A stretch of DNA of 64,000 nt from an uncultured Acidobacteriota bacterium. GTDB taxonomy: Bacteria; Actinomycetota; Acidimicrobiia; Spongiisociales; ZC4RG35. Made by a program: the position numbers and the translations under genes. Positions 18,099 through 28,410 of this stretch are shown in pieces. The notes beneath the pieces were generated by a model. That model searched no databases, was not told where the DNA came from, and was given only the letters and a program-made list of their open reading frames with translations. The number at the start of each line of letters is the position of its first letter. The stretch's first letter is position 1. The stretch is taken from NCBI GenBank assembly GCA_963828465.1, contig CAWHEU010000022.1:128001-192000 (forward strand), read 5' to 3'.

Positions 18099-19694
18099 CT
18101 ACTTCTTCTTCTCGAGGTCCCCGAGGATCTGTTGTGAGGCAAATCGGCCCGGGGCGCCCATCACGCAGCCGCCGGGGTGGGTTCCCGAGCCGCACTGGTA
18201 ATAGCCCTCGATCGGAGTGCGGTACTGGTTCCACCCGGGTGCGGGGCGGAAGAAGAACATTTGGGGAGCGAGGAACTCGCCGGCGAAGATGTTGCCTTCG
18301 GTGAGACCGACCACCCTCTCGATGTCGAGTGGAGTGACCACTTCCCGGTGCAGCACCAGGTCGCCGAACCCGGGGAAGAAACCCTCCAGGGTTTTCTGCA
18401 CCACGTCGCCGAATCGGTCCCGTTCAGTGTCCCAGTCGCTTTCTCTCAGGTGATATGGGGCGTATTGGATGAAGCAAGACATCACGGCCTTGCCCGGTGG
18501 GGCCATGTCCGGATCGACGTTGGACTGGATGCACCCGTCGATGTATGGCTTCTGGGAATACCACCCGTACTTGGCGTCGTCGAAGGCGCGCTCCAGATAG
18601 TCGAGTGAGGGGCCCATGTTGATGAATCCCCGGTATTGGTCCGAGCGGCCCTCCAGCCCTGGATAAGTGGGGTTGGCGTCGAGGGCGAAGTTGACCTTGG
18701 CCGAGGTCCCCTGAAACTTGAAACGGCGGATGTTCTCCACGAGATCTGTAGGCAACTCCCGAGGATCAACCAATTCCATGAAGGTGCGGCGGGGGTCGAC
18801 GGCACTGACCACGGTCTTCGCCTCGAGCTCAGTCCCGTCCTCGAGCATCACCCCGGTGGCCCGGCCGTTCTTCGTGACGACGTGATCTACCGGCGACTCG
18901 AGCCTGATCTCGGCTCCGAATGACTCGGCGGCCCGGGCCAGAACCTGCGTGAACCCGCCGTTGCCTCCCTTGTGGAAGGCCCACGCGCCATAGGCGCCGT
19001 CGTGCTCGCCGAACGAGTGATAGAGGAGCACCAGACCGGAGCCCTGGGAACGGGGCCCAACTTTTGTTCCGATGATGCCCGAGGATGCGTGTAGACCCTG
19101 CATCAGGTCGGACTCGAAGTAGTCCTCCAGGATGTCGGCGGCACTCCCTGTCATCAGCCGGATCATGTCGTGTAGGACGCCAGCGGGCAGATCGGCGAGG
19201 TATGAGCCGATTGCCGCCATCCGTGCTCGCTCTTCAGGGTCCTTGGAGGTGATGTCGGGCGGGATCGAGTCCATTAGCGGTCTGATGGCGTGGACCACTT
19301 GTTCCATCATGTGCCCGTAGGCGTCGTAGGCGTCCGCGTCGTGGGGCGAGTGTCGGGAGATCTCGTGGTGGTTCTCGTTTTTGTCCTGCCCCAGCAAGAT
19401 GTAGTCGCCATCCTCGGTCGGGGCGAAGGTCGAGGGCATGATGAGGGGCATGAAGCCGTGCTTGGTCAATTCCAGCTCGTGGATGATCTCGGGGCGGAGC
19501 AGGCTCAAGGCGTAGGAGAAGGTGGTGAAACTGAAGCCCGGGTACAGCTCCTCCGTGATGGCGGCGCCGCCAACCAGATGCCTGCGCTCGAGGATGAGGG
19601 TGCTCAGGCCCGACTTGGCTAGATACGCCCCGTTGACCAGACCGTTATGGCCTCCACCGATGACTATTGCATCGAACTTCTTCTTGGCCGGCAT
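18099..19694 (-). CDS. phytoene desaturase-like FAD-dependent oxidoreductase (PYROXD2-like)
   Basis: IVIGGGHNGLV, GGAAITEE, TPLDIER..GLTEGNIF and CGSGTHPGGCVMGAPG. Confidence 0.9.
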   Translation of the reverse strand: MPAKKKFDAIVIGGGHNGLVNGAYLAKSGLSTLILERRHLVGGAAITEELYPGFSFTTFSYALSLLRPEIIHELELTKHGFMPLIMPSTFAPTEDGDYILLGQDKNENHHEISRHSPHDADAYDAYGHMMEQVVHAIRPLMDSIPPDITSKDPEERARMAAIGSYLADLPAGVLHDMIRLMTGSAADILEDYFESDLMQGLHASSGIIGTKVGPRSQGSGLVLLYHSFGEHDGAYGAWAFHKGGNGGFTQVLARAAESFGAEIRLESPVDHVVTKNGRATGVMLEDGTELEAKTVVSAVDPRRTFMELVDPRELPTDLVENIRRFKFQGTSAKVNFALDANPTYPGLEGRSDQYRGFINMGPSLDYLERAFDDAKYGWYSQKPYIDGCIQSNVDPDMAPPGKAVMSCFIQYAPYHLRESDWDTERDRFGDVVQKTLEGFFPGFGDLVLHREVVTPLDIERVVGLTEGNIFAGEFLAPQMFFFRPAPGWNQYRTPIEGYYQCGSGTHPGGCVMGAPGRFASQQILGDLEKKK

Positions 19695-19701
19695 GTCTAC
19701 C

Positions 19702-20901
19702 TCAGGCTGTCTTTCTCGGTGGGTTGAAGAAGGGGAGTCGGCTCACATTGGCCCTCACCACGTCGTAGCGATGATCGATGGTGACCTCGAGGCTGACCTC
19801 GGTCCCAAGAGCGGCGTGTTCGGGACGCACCCGGGCGATCCCGATGTGTCGCTGTGCCATCGGTGAGTAGACGAAGCTTGGCGTGTACCCGATCCGCTCC
19901 AGTTTCTCGTCGTAGATCATCATCCCGCCGTGCTCGGGGGTGTGATCCTTGGGAGGGATGACCCCGCGTTCGTTGAAGACACGGTTCCAGTCCTCGTAGT
20001 CGACCATGATCCCGACTGTCTTCCACCTAGACGTGCCATCGGCCAACTCGCGCTCGATAGCGCGCCGACCGATGAAGGCTCTGTCGTCGGAAGGGAGATC
20101 ACGGAGCATCCACCCCAGCCCCAGCTCGTGGGGAGTGGTGCGCTGGTCGTCGTTCCAGGCGTAGCGGGCGGAGTAGAAGTCGACATCGATCAGGACCAGC
20201 CCGGCCTCGATGCGGGCGATGAGCAAAGCGGTCTGGCCGGCCGGAATCACCCCATAAGGCGCCGCGACTTCGAAGAGGGTGTCCCACACGCCGACTGCAT
20301 CGTCCCGCTCCACCCAGATCTCATAACCGAGGTCCCCGGTGTAGCCGGTGCGGGAAATCGTCACCGCGGCGTTGCCGACTTTGGCCGGGGTGAGATGGAA
20401 GTAGCCGATCTCCTCCATCTCCGGAGCCAGCTGCTTGAGGATCTCCCTGGCGTATGGGCCCTGAAGGGCGAGGGCTCCGAAATCGTCCGAGACGTCTTCG
20501 ATCTGGACCGCCATCCGGCCGGCGAGGTCCTGTAGATAGGCCATGTTGGGCTCGGCAGCGGTGAGCAGGAACTCGTCGTTGCTGTGCCGGAGGATGACTC
20601 CGTCCTCGACCACCCAACCGTCGTCGTCACACCAGACCGTGTAATGCGCCTGGCCGGGACGGCATTTTCGGATGTCACGGGCCAGAACGCCGGCAAGGAA
20701 GCTCTCAGCGTCTGACCCGTTGATCCGGTACTTGTAAAGGGGGGAGGTGTCGATGACCGCCGCCGAGTTTCTGATCGCGAAGTACTCGAACTTGTCCGAC
20801 ATCTGATAGCGATCGGTGGCGAGATATCCCGACCAGTGGCTCCACAACCCCGTCTTGTTGGCCTCGCTGGTCCTGGGATGAAACGGTGTCTCGCGGATCA
20901 A
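19702..20901 (-). CDS. aminomethyltransferase (GcvT-like, folate-binding) family protein
   Basis: ETPFH, EYFAIRNSAAVIDTS, ALQGP, SRTGYTGDLGYEI, RIEAGL and PFFNP. Confidence 0.92.
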   Translation of the reverse strand: MIRETPFHPRTSEANKTGLWSHWSGYLATDRYQMSDKFEYFAIRNSAAVIDTSPLYKYRINGSDAESFLAGVLARDIRKCRPGQAHYTVWCDDDGWVVEDGVILRHSNDEFLLTAAEPNMAYLQDLAGRMAVQIEDVSDDFGALALQGPYAREILKQLAPEMEEIGYFHLTPAKVGNAAVTISRTGYTGDLGYEIWVERDDAVGVWDTLFEVAAPYGVIPAGQTALLIARIEAGLVLIDVDFYSARYAWNDDQRTTPHELGLGWMLRDLPSDDRAFIGRRAIERELADGTSRWKTVGIMVDYEDWNRVFNERGVIPPKDHTPEHGGMMIYDEKLERIGYTPSFVYSPMAQRHIGIARVRPEHAALGTEVSLEVTIDHRYDVVRANVSRLPFFNPPRKTA

Positions 20902-20944
20902 GTCTGCAACCTCGGCTGGGTCGGATCACTGTAACCGGGGAAAC

Positions 20945-20960
20945 CTGAATCGTCATTCAG
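20945..20960. promoter_or_regulatory. operator CTGAAY-N4-RTTCAG, site 1
   Basis: CTGAAT-CGTC-ATTCAG between the divergent GcvT-like and SBP genes. Confidence 0.7.
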
Positions 20961-21044
20961 GATTCACAGTGAGGCGAATCGGCGTCACAGGCTCTCCGAT
21001 GCGGATACATTGCCCTCGGGGCAAACTGAATGGAGAGTCAATTG

Positions 21045-22799
21045 ATGAGACGCCTTATCGTGTCGATGATCGCCGCCGTGGTCGCGGTGTCCCTTGTTCC
21101 GATCGCATCCGCCCAAGAGGAGGACGACCAGGTCACGCTTCGCGTCGGCCTCACGCAGGACTGGGAGGTCCTGAACCCGACCTCGGGCTACACGGTGCCT
21201 GCCTACGAGGTCTGGAACCTTCATTACGCCACCCTCACCGACAAGGCCGCTGACGATTTCGCCACGACTGAAGGGCTGGCGGAATCGTGGGAGGAGGTCG
21301 AGGCCGGCATCGAGTACGTCTACACCCTGAGAGAGGGCCTGACCTGGTCTGACGGCGAGCCACTCACCGCCGAAGACGTGGCCTGGAACATCAACACCGC
21401 CGGAGTTCAGGGTTGGGACAACATGGTTTCGACAGTTGCCAATATCGAGGCCACCGCGGAGGACGAGCGAACCGTCCGGCTTGTGTCGTCCGTCCCGGAC
21501 CCCAAGCTCCCCACCATGGACGTCTATCTCGTCCCGCAACACATCTGGGAACCGATCGCAACCGACTATGAGGCCGCCACTCAATATGCCGCAGACGATG
21601 GCGTAGGGAGCGGCCCGTTCGTCATGACCGAGTTCACTCCGAGCCAATCGGTAGTGATGGCTGCCAACCCCAACTACTGGGGATGGGAAGGCGAGGAGCC
21701 TCCGTACGACCAGGTGATCTTCCGATACTTCGAGAACCCAGACGCCATGGTGGCCGCCCTTCAGCAGGGTGAGATCGACGCTGCCCACGGATTCCCCGCC
21801 TCCTCGTGGGAGGCTCTCGAGGCAGATGACGCAATCGAGGTTGTGGCCGGCCAACAAGGTGGGTTCGATGAGATCGCCATCAACGGCGGCGCCGCCGAAG
21901 GCCAGCCCCATCCAGCTCTGCTCGACGTCGAAGTGCGGCGGGCCATCGCGCATGCCATCGACCGGCCCGCCGTCATCGAGGACCTCTATTTCGGCCTGGC
22001 AAGTCCGCTGGAGACGATTAGTCCCTCGGCCGACCCGAAATGGGTACCGGAGATCTCGGAAGACAACCAATTCTCCTATGACCCGGATCGGGCCAACCAA
22101 ATCCTCGACGAGGCGGGGTACATGGACAGCGACGGTGACGGCATCAGGGAGATGCCCGACGGCACCAACCCGCTCGTGATCCGCCACGCCGTCAACACCG
22201 ACGGCGACCTGGCCGGGTCGATCGGGGATCTGATGGTGGGATGGATGGAGGAGATCGGCATCGGCGTCGAGCTGGAGGCCTACGACCAGGATGCCCTCTT
22301 CGGGGTCATCGTCGAGGGAACCTACGACACCTTCTTCTGGGGCTGGGTGCCATTCGTGGACCCGGACCCGATGCTCTCCTACTTCACCGAGGCCGAGATC
22401 GGCGGCGCCAACGATGCCAACTGGTTCGATCCCGCATACGACGCGCTCTATACGGAACAAAACCAAGAGGTCGATCCCGATCGAAGAGTGGAGATCGTGC
22501 ACGAGATGTTGACCTTGTTCCACGATTCGGCCGTCTACATCCCGATGTATGTCGCGCCGGACCTCCAGGCCTATCGAACCGACACCTTCGAGGGCTGGGT
22601 CAAGCAGCCGGCCGAGATCGGTCCAGTTATGTTCAGCAACACCTCACCGAGCTATGTCCAGCTCACCCCGATCGGTGCTGATGCAGAGGGGTCCGGCACC
22701 AATTGGCTGCTATGGGGCGGGATCGCCGCCGGTGTGATCCTGATCGCCGGTGTCTTCCTGGCGATGCGGAATCGATCCACCGCCGACGATCGGGAGTGA
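21045..22799 (+). CDS. ABC transporter substrate-binding protein (family 5) with C-terminal TM anchor
   Basis: Sec signal (ASA-QE), WSDGEPLTAEDV, GSGPF and VRRAIAHAIDR; hydrophobic C-terminal tail. Start 21030 or 21045. Confidence 0.92.
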   Translation: MRRLIVSMIAAVVAVSLVPIASAQEEDDQVTLRVGLTQDWEVLNPTSGYTVPAYEVWNLHYATLTDKAADDFATTEGLAESWEEVEAGIEYVYTLREGLTWSDGEPLTAEDVAWNINTAGVQGWDNMVSTVANIEATAEDERTVRLVSSVPDPKLPTMDVYLVPQHIWEPIATDYEAATQYAADDGVGSGPFVMTEFTPSQSVVMAANPNYWGWEGEEPPYDQVIFRYFENPDAMVAALQQGEIDAAHGFPASSWEALEADDAIEVVAGQQGGFDEIAINGGAAEGQPHPALLDVEVRRAIAHAIDRPAVIEDLYFGLASPLETISPSADPKWVPEISEDNQFSYDPDRANQILDEAGYMDSDGDGIREMPDGTNPLVIRHAVNTDGDLAGSIGDLMVGWMEEIGIGVELEAYDQDALFGVIVEGTYDTFFWGWVPFVDPDPMLSYFTEAEIGGANDANWFDPAYDALYTEQNQEVDPDRRVEIVHEMLTLFHDSAVYIPMYVAPDLQAYRTDTFEGWVKQPAEIGPVMFSNTSPSYVQLTPIGADAEGSGTNWLLWGGIAAGVILIAGVFLAMRNRSTADDRE

Positions 22800-22803
22800 G
22801 CGC

Positions 22804-23799
22804 CTGACCACGGCTCGAACGACGGGACGGGGGCGGGGAAGACTCATTGGCCGAAAGGTGCTCGGGTCGGTCCTCACCCTCGTCTTCGTCCTCGTGTTCA
22901 ACTTCTTCCTGTTCCGTGTGGTCCAGACCGATCCGATCGGGTCACTGTTCAGGGGAAGGAACGTCCCACAGGAGACCCTGGACAATCTGCGGGTGGCCTT
23001 CGGCCTCGACCAGTCGATCGGGACCCAGTTCCTGCTCTATCTGAAGGAGTCGGCACAGCTCAACTTCGGGATCTCTTATCAGACCCGCCAACCGGTGTGG
23101 GACGAGATCGTCGCCGCCATCCCTGCGACCGTTGCTCTCGTCGGAGTCTCGGCGATTCTCTCCGCTCTGATCGGCACCGTCGGGGGGATCATCGCCGCCT
23201 GGCGGAGAAACACCTGGAAGGATCACTCGATCACGTCCGGGACGATGGTGTTCTACTCCATGCCGGATTTCTGGCTCGGCATGATCCTCCTCGTCCTCTT
23301 TGCCGTTGTCCTGGGGTGGTTTCCCGTTGGCGGGGTGTCGACTGCGGGGTCGGGCGAATCCGGTCTCGCGCTGCTCATCGACCAGGCCTATCACATGTTT
23401 CTTCCCGCGCTGACCCTGACTCTGGCCTATCTCGGGGAGTACACCCTCGTCACCCGGAGCTCGTTGCTCGACGTCATGGGTGAGGATTATCTCACGGTGG
23501 CCCGAGCCAAGGGATTGCGGGATGTCGCGGTGCGCAACCGCCATGCTGTTCCCAACGCGTTGCTCCCGGTCGTGACCCTCACTGCCATCAACTTCGGCTT
23601 CGTCCTCTCGGGCGCCATTGCCGTCGAGGCGGTGTTTTCCTGGCCCGGTCTGGGCAAGCTCACCGCCGACTCCATCCGCGGCCCCGACCTCCCCATGCTC
23701 CAGGCTCTCTTTCTCCTTTTCAGCGCGGCGGTCATCGTCTTCAACCTGATCGCCGACCTCACCTATAGCTGGCTGGACCCACGGGTGGAGGGTCAATGA
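22804..23799 (+). CDS. ABC transporter permease (OppB/DppB-like); start uncertain
   Basis: FYSMPDFWLG, EAA loop EDYLTVARAKG and VEAVFSWPGLG. No canonical start near 22800 (CTG at 22804). Confidence 0.9.
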   Translation: MTTARTTGRGRGRLIGRKVLGSVLTLVFVLVFNFFLFRVVQTDPIGSLFRGRNVPQETLDNLRVAFGLDQSIGTQFLLYLKESAQLNFGISYQTRQPVWDEIVAAIPATVALVGVSAILSALIGTVGGIIAAWRRNTWKDHSITSGTMVFYSMPDFWLGMILLVLFAVVLGWFPVGGVSTAGSGESGLALLIDQAYHMFLPALTLTLAYLGEYTLVTRSSLLDVMGEDYLTVARAKGLRDVAVRNRHAVPNALLPVVTLTAINFGFVLSGAIAVEAVFSWPGLGKLTADSIRGPDLPMLQALFLLFSAAVIVFNLIADLTYSWLDPRVEGQ

Positions 23800-24689
23800 C
23801 GAGCCTCGCCATGCAGCGACGACGCGCCACCGCGGGACGGGTGTGGAAGCAATTTCGCAGCTCGAGAAGCGGAATGATCGGACTCGGCGTGTTGCTTCTT
23901 TTCGTATTGATGGCCCTGGCGGCGCCGCTGCTCGCCGACGTCAGGGAGTTGAACCCGGTTTACGCCCGAGCTCAAGGTAATCCCCAATGGGCACCTCCGA
24001 GCGAATTCGGCCCACTGGGCACCGACTACATCCGCCGCTCGGTGTGGGCGCAGTTTGTGTGGGGCTCCCGGGTCAGCCTCTTCGTCGGGCTGGCGGCCAC
24101 CGTGCTCACGATCTTGATCGGCTCGGTCATCGGCATCGTCGCCGGGTTTGTCGGCGGCAAGCCCGACGCAGTGCTGATGCGGATCACGGAGTGGTTCTTG
24201 GTGGTTCCCTTCCTGCCCCTGGCCATCGTGCTGGCCTCGGTCCTGGGAAGGAACGTCTGGAACATCATCTTCGTCATCGGCATCACTTCCTGGCCCTCGA
24301 CCGCGCGTCTCATTCGCGCCCAAGTGCTGACGGTCAAGCAGCGTCTGTTCGTCGATCGGGCGCGCTCACTCGGGGCGAGCGGAAGGCACATCGTCGGGCA
24401 GCACATTCTCCCCAACGTCATGGGTTTGATCCTCGCCAACGCCACCCTGGCCGTCCCGATCTCGATACTCACCGAGACCACGCTGGCCTTCCTGGGGCTG
24501 GGTGACCCCTCGGCCGCATCATGGGGCAAGACCCTGGAGGAGGCCTTCGTCAACGGTGCAATGGTCAGGAACGCCTGGTGGTACTTCGTCCCCGCCGGTC
24601 TCGGGATCCTGGTGGTCGTCCTCGCCTTCACCCTGATCGGGCGCACTCTCGAGGAGATTGCTAATCCGAGACTGAGCCGCGCACGATGA
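23796..24689 (+). CDS. ABC transporter permease (OppC/DppC-like)
   Basis: PLGTD, GSRVSLFVG, ARSLGAS, HILPNV and LAFLGLG. Confidence 0.93.
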   Translation: MTSLAMQRRRATAGRVWKQFRSSRSGMIGLGVLLLFVLMALAAPLLADVRELNPVYARAQGNPQWAPPSEFGPLGTDYIRRSVWAQFVWGSRVSLFVGLAATVLTILIGSVIGIVAGFVGGKPDAVLMRITEWFLVVPFLPLAIVLASVLGRNVWNIIFVIGITSWPSTARLIRAQVLTVKQRLFVDRARSLGASGRHIVGQHILPNVMGLILANATLAVPISILTETTLAFLGLGDPSAASWGKTLEEAFVNGAMVRNAWWYFVPAGLGILVVVLAFTLIGRTLEEIANPRLSRAR

Positions 24690-25648
24690 GCGAGCCGATG
24701 CTCTCTGTGCACGACCTGGAGGTCACGTATCACGGGCACGGTGGCGACGTGCCGGCGGTGCGCGGGGTGAGCTTCAATCTGGAAAAGGGAGATTCCCTGG
24801 GTCTCGCCGGCGAGTCTGGTTGCGGCAAGTCCACGCTGGCCAATGCATTACTTCGTCTCCTGCCGGCCGGGACCGAAGTGTCCGGGCAGATCACCCTGGA
24901 TGGGAAAGACGTCCTCAACCTCAGTCCGGGAGGTCTGAGAGCGGCGCGATGGACTTCCGGGGCCATCATCTTCCAGGGGGCGCTCCATGCTCTGAACCCG
25001 GTGCAGACAGTGGGCGAGCAGATCGCTGAGCCGATGTTGGTCCATCAGACCGCGGCTAGTGACGGCGCCGCCCGAGAACGGGTCGTCGAGCTCCTCAGGA
25101 GAGTCGGTCTGCCCGCGGCTCGGGCCGACTCCTACCCCCATCAGCTGTCGGGTGGCCAGAGACAGCGGGTGCTCATTGCTATGGCCCTGGCCTGCGACCC
25201 GCTCCTACTCATCGCCGACGAACCGACCACTGCGCTCGATCTCATGGTCCAGGCCCAGGTCCTCGATCTCCTCGCAGACCTCAAGAAGGAACGTGACCTG
25301 ACCTTGATGTTCATCACGCACGATCTCTCGGTGCTCACCTACGCCTGCCGGCGACTGGCGGTTATGTATGCAGGACGGATCGTGGAAGAGGGCCCCGCCT
25401 GGGACGTATTCGAGAATGCGTCGCATCCTTACACGAGAGCTCTGGCCGCAGCTTTTCCCACTATCGGTGACGACACCTCGCGGATGGCGCCATCGGGTCT
25501 GGGCGGCGACCCGCCGACACCCGACAACCTGCCCCAGGGATGCCCCTTCCATCCTCGATGCCCTCTGGCCCATGATGCTTGTCTGCCGGCCGAGCCCGAC
25601 CTGCGTTCGTCGGGCCTGGAAAGGAGTGCGGCGTGCGTGCTGGTGTGA
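24686..25648 (+). CDS. ABC transporter ATP-binding protein (OppD-like)
   Basis: [25 protein letters not shown] and GCPFHPRC. Confidence 0.94.
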   Translation: MSEPMLSVHDLEVTYHGHGGDVPAVRGVSFNLEKGDSLGLAGESGCGKSTLANALLRLLPAGTEVSGQITLDGKDVLNLSPGGLRAARWTSGAIIFQGALHALNPVQTVGEQIAEPMLVHQTAASDGAARERVVELLRRVGLPAARADSYPHQLSGGQRQRVLIAMALACDPLLLIADEPTTALDLMVQAQVLDLLADLKKERDLTLMFITHDLSVLTYACRRLAVMYAGRIVEEGPAWDVFENASHPYTRALAAAFPTIGDDTSRMAPSGLGGDPPTPDNLPQGCPFHPRCPLAHDACLPAEPDLRSSGLERSAACVLV

Positions 25649-26598
25649 CCAATCTGGTCGAGGTCGAGGATCTGCACGTTCATTTCGGGGCCGCTCGAGC
25701 CGTCGACGGCGCCTCGCTGCATGTAATGCCGGGGGAGGTGCTGGCCCTGGTCGGGGAGTCGGGATCTGGGAAGACGACGCTCATCCGGGCGATCCAGGGC
25801 TTGCAGAAGCCGACCTCGGGCCACATACGGGTCGAGGATGTGGGCGACGACGGTCCGAGACCGAAGATCCAGACCATCTTCAATCCCAGCGTCCAGATGG
25901 TCTTCCAGGATCCAACCGGCGCCCTGAACCCCCGACAGACCATCTACGAGATCGTTGCCGAGGGACTGCGCATCCAGCACGGCGACGGCGTCGAGCAGGA
26001 GCGAGTAGCGCAGGCACTGTCCCGCGCGGGTCTGCGCCCACCGGAGCGGTTCTTTCCCTTGTATCCACACGAGGTGTCGGGCGGTCAGCGTCAGCGCGTC
26101 GTAATCGCCGGCGCCATGGTCATGGAGCCACGTCTCTTGCTGGCAGACGAGCCTGTGGCCAGCCTCGACGCCTCCATCCGCGGCGAGATCCTTGCTCTGA
26201 TGCGCCGCCTCGTGGACGAGACCGGTTTGGCCATCCTCGTCGTCACCCACGACCTCGGGCTCGCCTGGAACATTGCCGACCGGGTCGCCGTCATGTATCT
26301 GGGCCGGATCGTCGAGACCGGGCCGACCGAGCAGATCCTGGAGAACCCCCGGCATCCCTACACCAGGGCTTTGCTGTCTGTCGTACCCGAGACAAGGGAG
26401 ATGGAGCAGCAGATCCTGATTGGGGAAATACCAGATCCGGCCCGGATCCCTTCGGGATGCCGTTTTCATCCCCGCTGTCCTTTGCTCCAGTCAGGGGCTC
26501 TCGCGCCGGAAGTCGCGGCTCGATGTCCCACCGATGACCCGGGGCCGACGCCAGTAGGCGCCCTCACGGCAGCCGCCTGTTGGGCCGTTCCCGCTTAG
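25645..26598 (+). CDS. ABC transporter ATP-binding protein (OppF-like)
   Basis: GESGSGKT, VSGGQRQR, ADEPVASLD and GCRFHPRC. GTGA overlap with the upstream stop. Confidence 0.93.
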   Translation: MTNLVEVEDLHVHFGAARAVDGASLHVMPGEVLALVGESGSGKTTLIRAIQGLQKPTSGHIRVEDVGDDGPRPKIQTIFNPSVQMVFQDPTGALNPRQTIYEIVAEGLRIQHGDGVEQERVAQALSRAGLRPPERFFPLYPHEVSGGQRQRVVIAGAMVMEPRLLLADEPVASLDASIRGEILALMRRLVDETGLAILVVTHDLGLAWNIADRVAVMYLGRIVETGPTEQILENPRHPYTRALLSVVPETREMEQQILIGEIPDPARIPSGCRFHPRCPLLQSGALAPEVAARCPTDDPGPTPVGALTAAACWAVPA

Positions 26599-26604
26599 CG
26601 GAGG

Positions 26605-28410
26605 TCAGTCCGGTACGGGTAGCGCGAGCCGGAACACCGATCCACCATCATGTCGATAGTCGAGCTCGCCACCCATGATTCGGGCCAGGCTCCTAGCAAC
26701 GGCAAGTCCAAGGCCCACCGAGTTGGGGGTGCGTCCGCCACTGTCGGCGTGGACGAACGGCTCGAACATCGTCGCCACCCGGCTCGCCGGGATCGGGCCA
26801 CCCGAGTCCTTGATATCGATGCTCGCACCAGTTGTGTCTGACATGACCCTCACCGAGATCTCATCCCCTCCGTAGCGGATGGCGTTGGTGATGAGGTTGC
26901 GCACGATTTGCCGGAGGCGGTTCGGATCGGCCCAGACAATGGCGTCCCCTCGCCACGAAATGCTTCGCCCTGACTCTCGGCCCGATGTCTCGACCATGTC
27001 GGCGAGGTGTTCGGCGACAGATACCGCTGACGGGTAGAACGTCATGGTCCCGGCCTCGAGCCTCGTAACCGTGAGCAGGTCGTCGACGATGCTGGAGATA
27101 TCGGCCGACTGACTGGCAATGAGTCGGACGAGGGAGCGCGCCTCATCCGGTTCGAAGAGGTCCCACGAGTCCGATAGCTCGCTGGCGAAGCCCAGGACCG
27201 CGGCCAGCGGAGTGCGAAGCTCGTGGCTGATGCTGGCCAGGAACTCACGCTTGTCGTGGTCCAACGCCTCCAACTCGGAGACCCGCACCCTGGCCAGCTC
27301 AGCCTCCTGACGAGCCCGTTCGACCTGGAAGCGGGTGGTGGCGAGGCTGGCCCGCCGTTCGGCCTGGTCCGTGTGCAGGTCGCCGTCGAGGCGGTGGTAC
27401 TCCCGGTGACAGGCCAGTGCCCCGGCATAGTCGCCAAATGCTTCGAGCAGGTCGGCCCGAAGCGCCGTCGCTCTCACCAGCAGCCGCTTCATGTCCAGCC
27501 TCTTGCTGCGATCTGCAGCTTCCTCCACGAGCATTCCCGCCTCTTCGTTACGGCTCGCGCCGATGAGCCAACCGGCGCGATCCAGGGCGAGTTCGATAGC
27601 CAACTGGTCGAGTCCCCCTGAGGTGGCCTCCGTCTCTGCGGTCACGGCCGCATCGATCGCATCGTCGATCAGGTCGGAAGCGGCTAGGACGTGGGCGCGC
27701 AGGGACCTCCCGTAGGCGACGGTATGACGCCCATCGTCTCCAAGTTTCTCGCCTCTCTCGATTATCTCCGCAGCAAGCTCTCTGACCCGGTCGATAGCCT
27801 CCGTTTGCTCGTCCTCATCGCCCATCTCGGCGAGGGAGAGGAGCTCAAATCCTTGGTTGATCTTCGCCGTGCCGACCCGGAGCTCATCACCCAGCCGGAG
27901 ATATACGGACTCGGCTTCCTCGAAGAGATCGAGGGCTTCCTTGTGTCTTCCCTCATGGCTGAGGGCGATCCCAGTGAGGTTCGTCAGCAGCCCGACACCG
28001 AGCTCGTCGTCGGCCAGCTTGAGTGGTGCCCGGGCCCTCTCCAGGTACTCGAGCGCGGTCGAGGTGTCACCGACATCTCCGTACAGGTCGCCGATCGCCA
28101 TCAGGGCATTGGCAACCCCACTCATGTTTCCTTCCAGCTCGAACTGCGCACGGGCCGACAATTGGGAGTCGAGAGCGTCGTCGAGACGCCCCATGGAGCT
28201 CAGAGCCCATCCCTTGTGGTTAAGGGCCCAGGCGCGAGCCGCTCCGTCTCCGACGGCGTCGGCGAGGGCGATAGCGGAGTCGGCCATCGCCACCGCCTCG
28301 GCAGAGTCGTACTCATACAAGGCAGCGGAGAGCTCGTTGAGGGCGGCGAGCCGTTCCGTGTCGTGTTGCGCTTCCTGGACGCGCCTTCGCTTCATGGAGA
28401 GAGAGTCCAT
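26605..28410 (-). CDS. cytoplasmic TPR-repeat sensor histidine kinase
   Basis: N-terminal TPR-like helices; H-box SHELRTPL, N-box NLITNAIRYG, DSG and GLGLAV. No TM segment. Confidence 0.9.
   Translation of the reverse strand: MDSLSMKRRRVQEAQHDTERLAALNELSAALYEYDSAEAVAMADSAIALADAVGDGAARAWALNHKGWALSSMGRLDDALDSQLSARAQFELEGNMSGVANALMAIGDLYGDVGDTSTALEYLERARAPLKLADDELGVGLLTNLTGIALSHEGRHKEALDLFEEAESVYLRLGDELRVGTAKINQGFELLSLAEMGDEDEQTEAIDRVRELAAEIIERGEKLGDDGRHTVAYGRSLRAHVLAASDLIDDAIDAAVTAETEATSGGLDQLAIELALDRAGWLIGASRNEEAGMLVEEAADRSKRLDMKRLLVRATALRADLLEAFGDYAGALACHREYHRLDGDLHTDQAERRASLATTRFQVERARQEAELARVRVSELEALDHDKREFLASISHELRTPLAAVLGFASELSDSWDLFEPDEARSLVRLIASQSADISSIVDDLLTVTRLEAGTMTFYPSAVSVAEHLADMVETSGRESGRSISWRGDAIVWADPNRLRQIVRNLITNAIRYGGDEISVRVMSDTTGASIDIKDSGGPIPASRVATMFEPFVHADSGGRTPNSVGLGLAVARSLARIMGGELDYRHDGGSVFRLALPVPD

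Noticed and set aside
18099-19694. Carotenoid biosynthesis (crtI)
   Set aside because: No crtB or crtE in the window; motifs and the GcvT-like partner point to the PYROXD2-like branch.
20985-22523. 512-aa antisense ORF (also 28431-29663, 33832-35040, 38298-39644 and similar)
   Set aside because: Shadow ORFs opposite well-supported genes, expected from high-GC codon bias; no family motifs.
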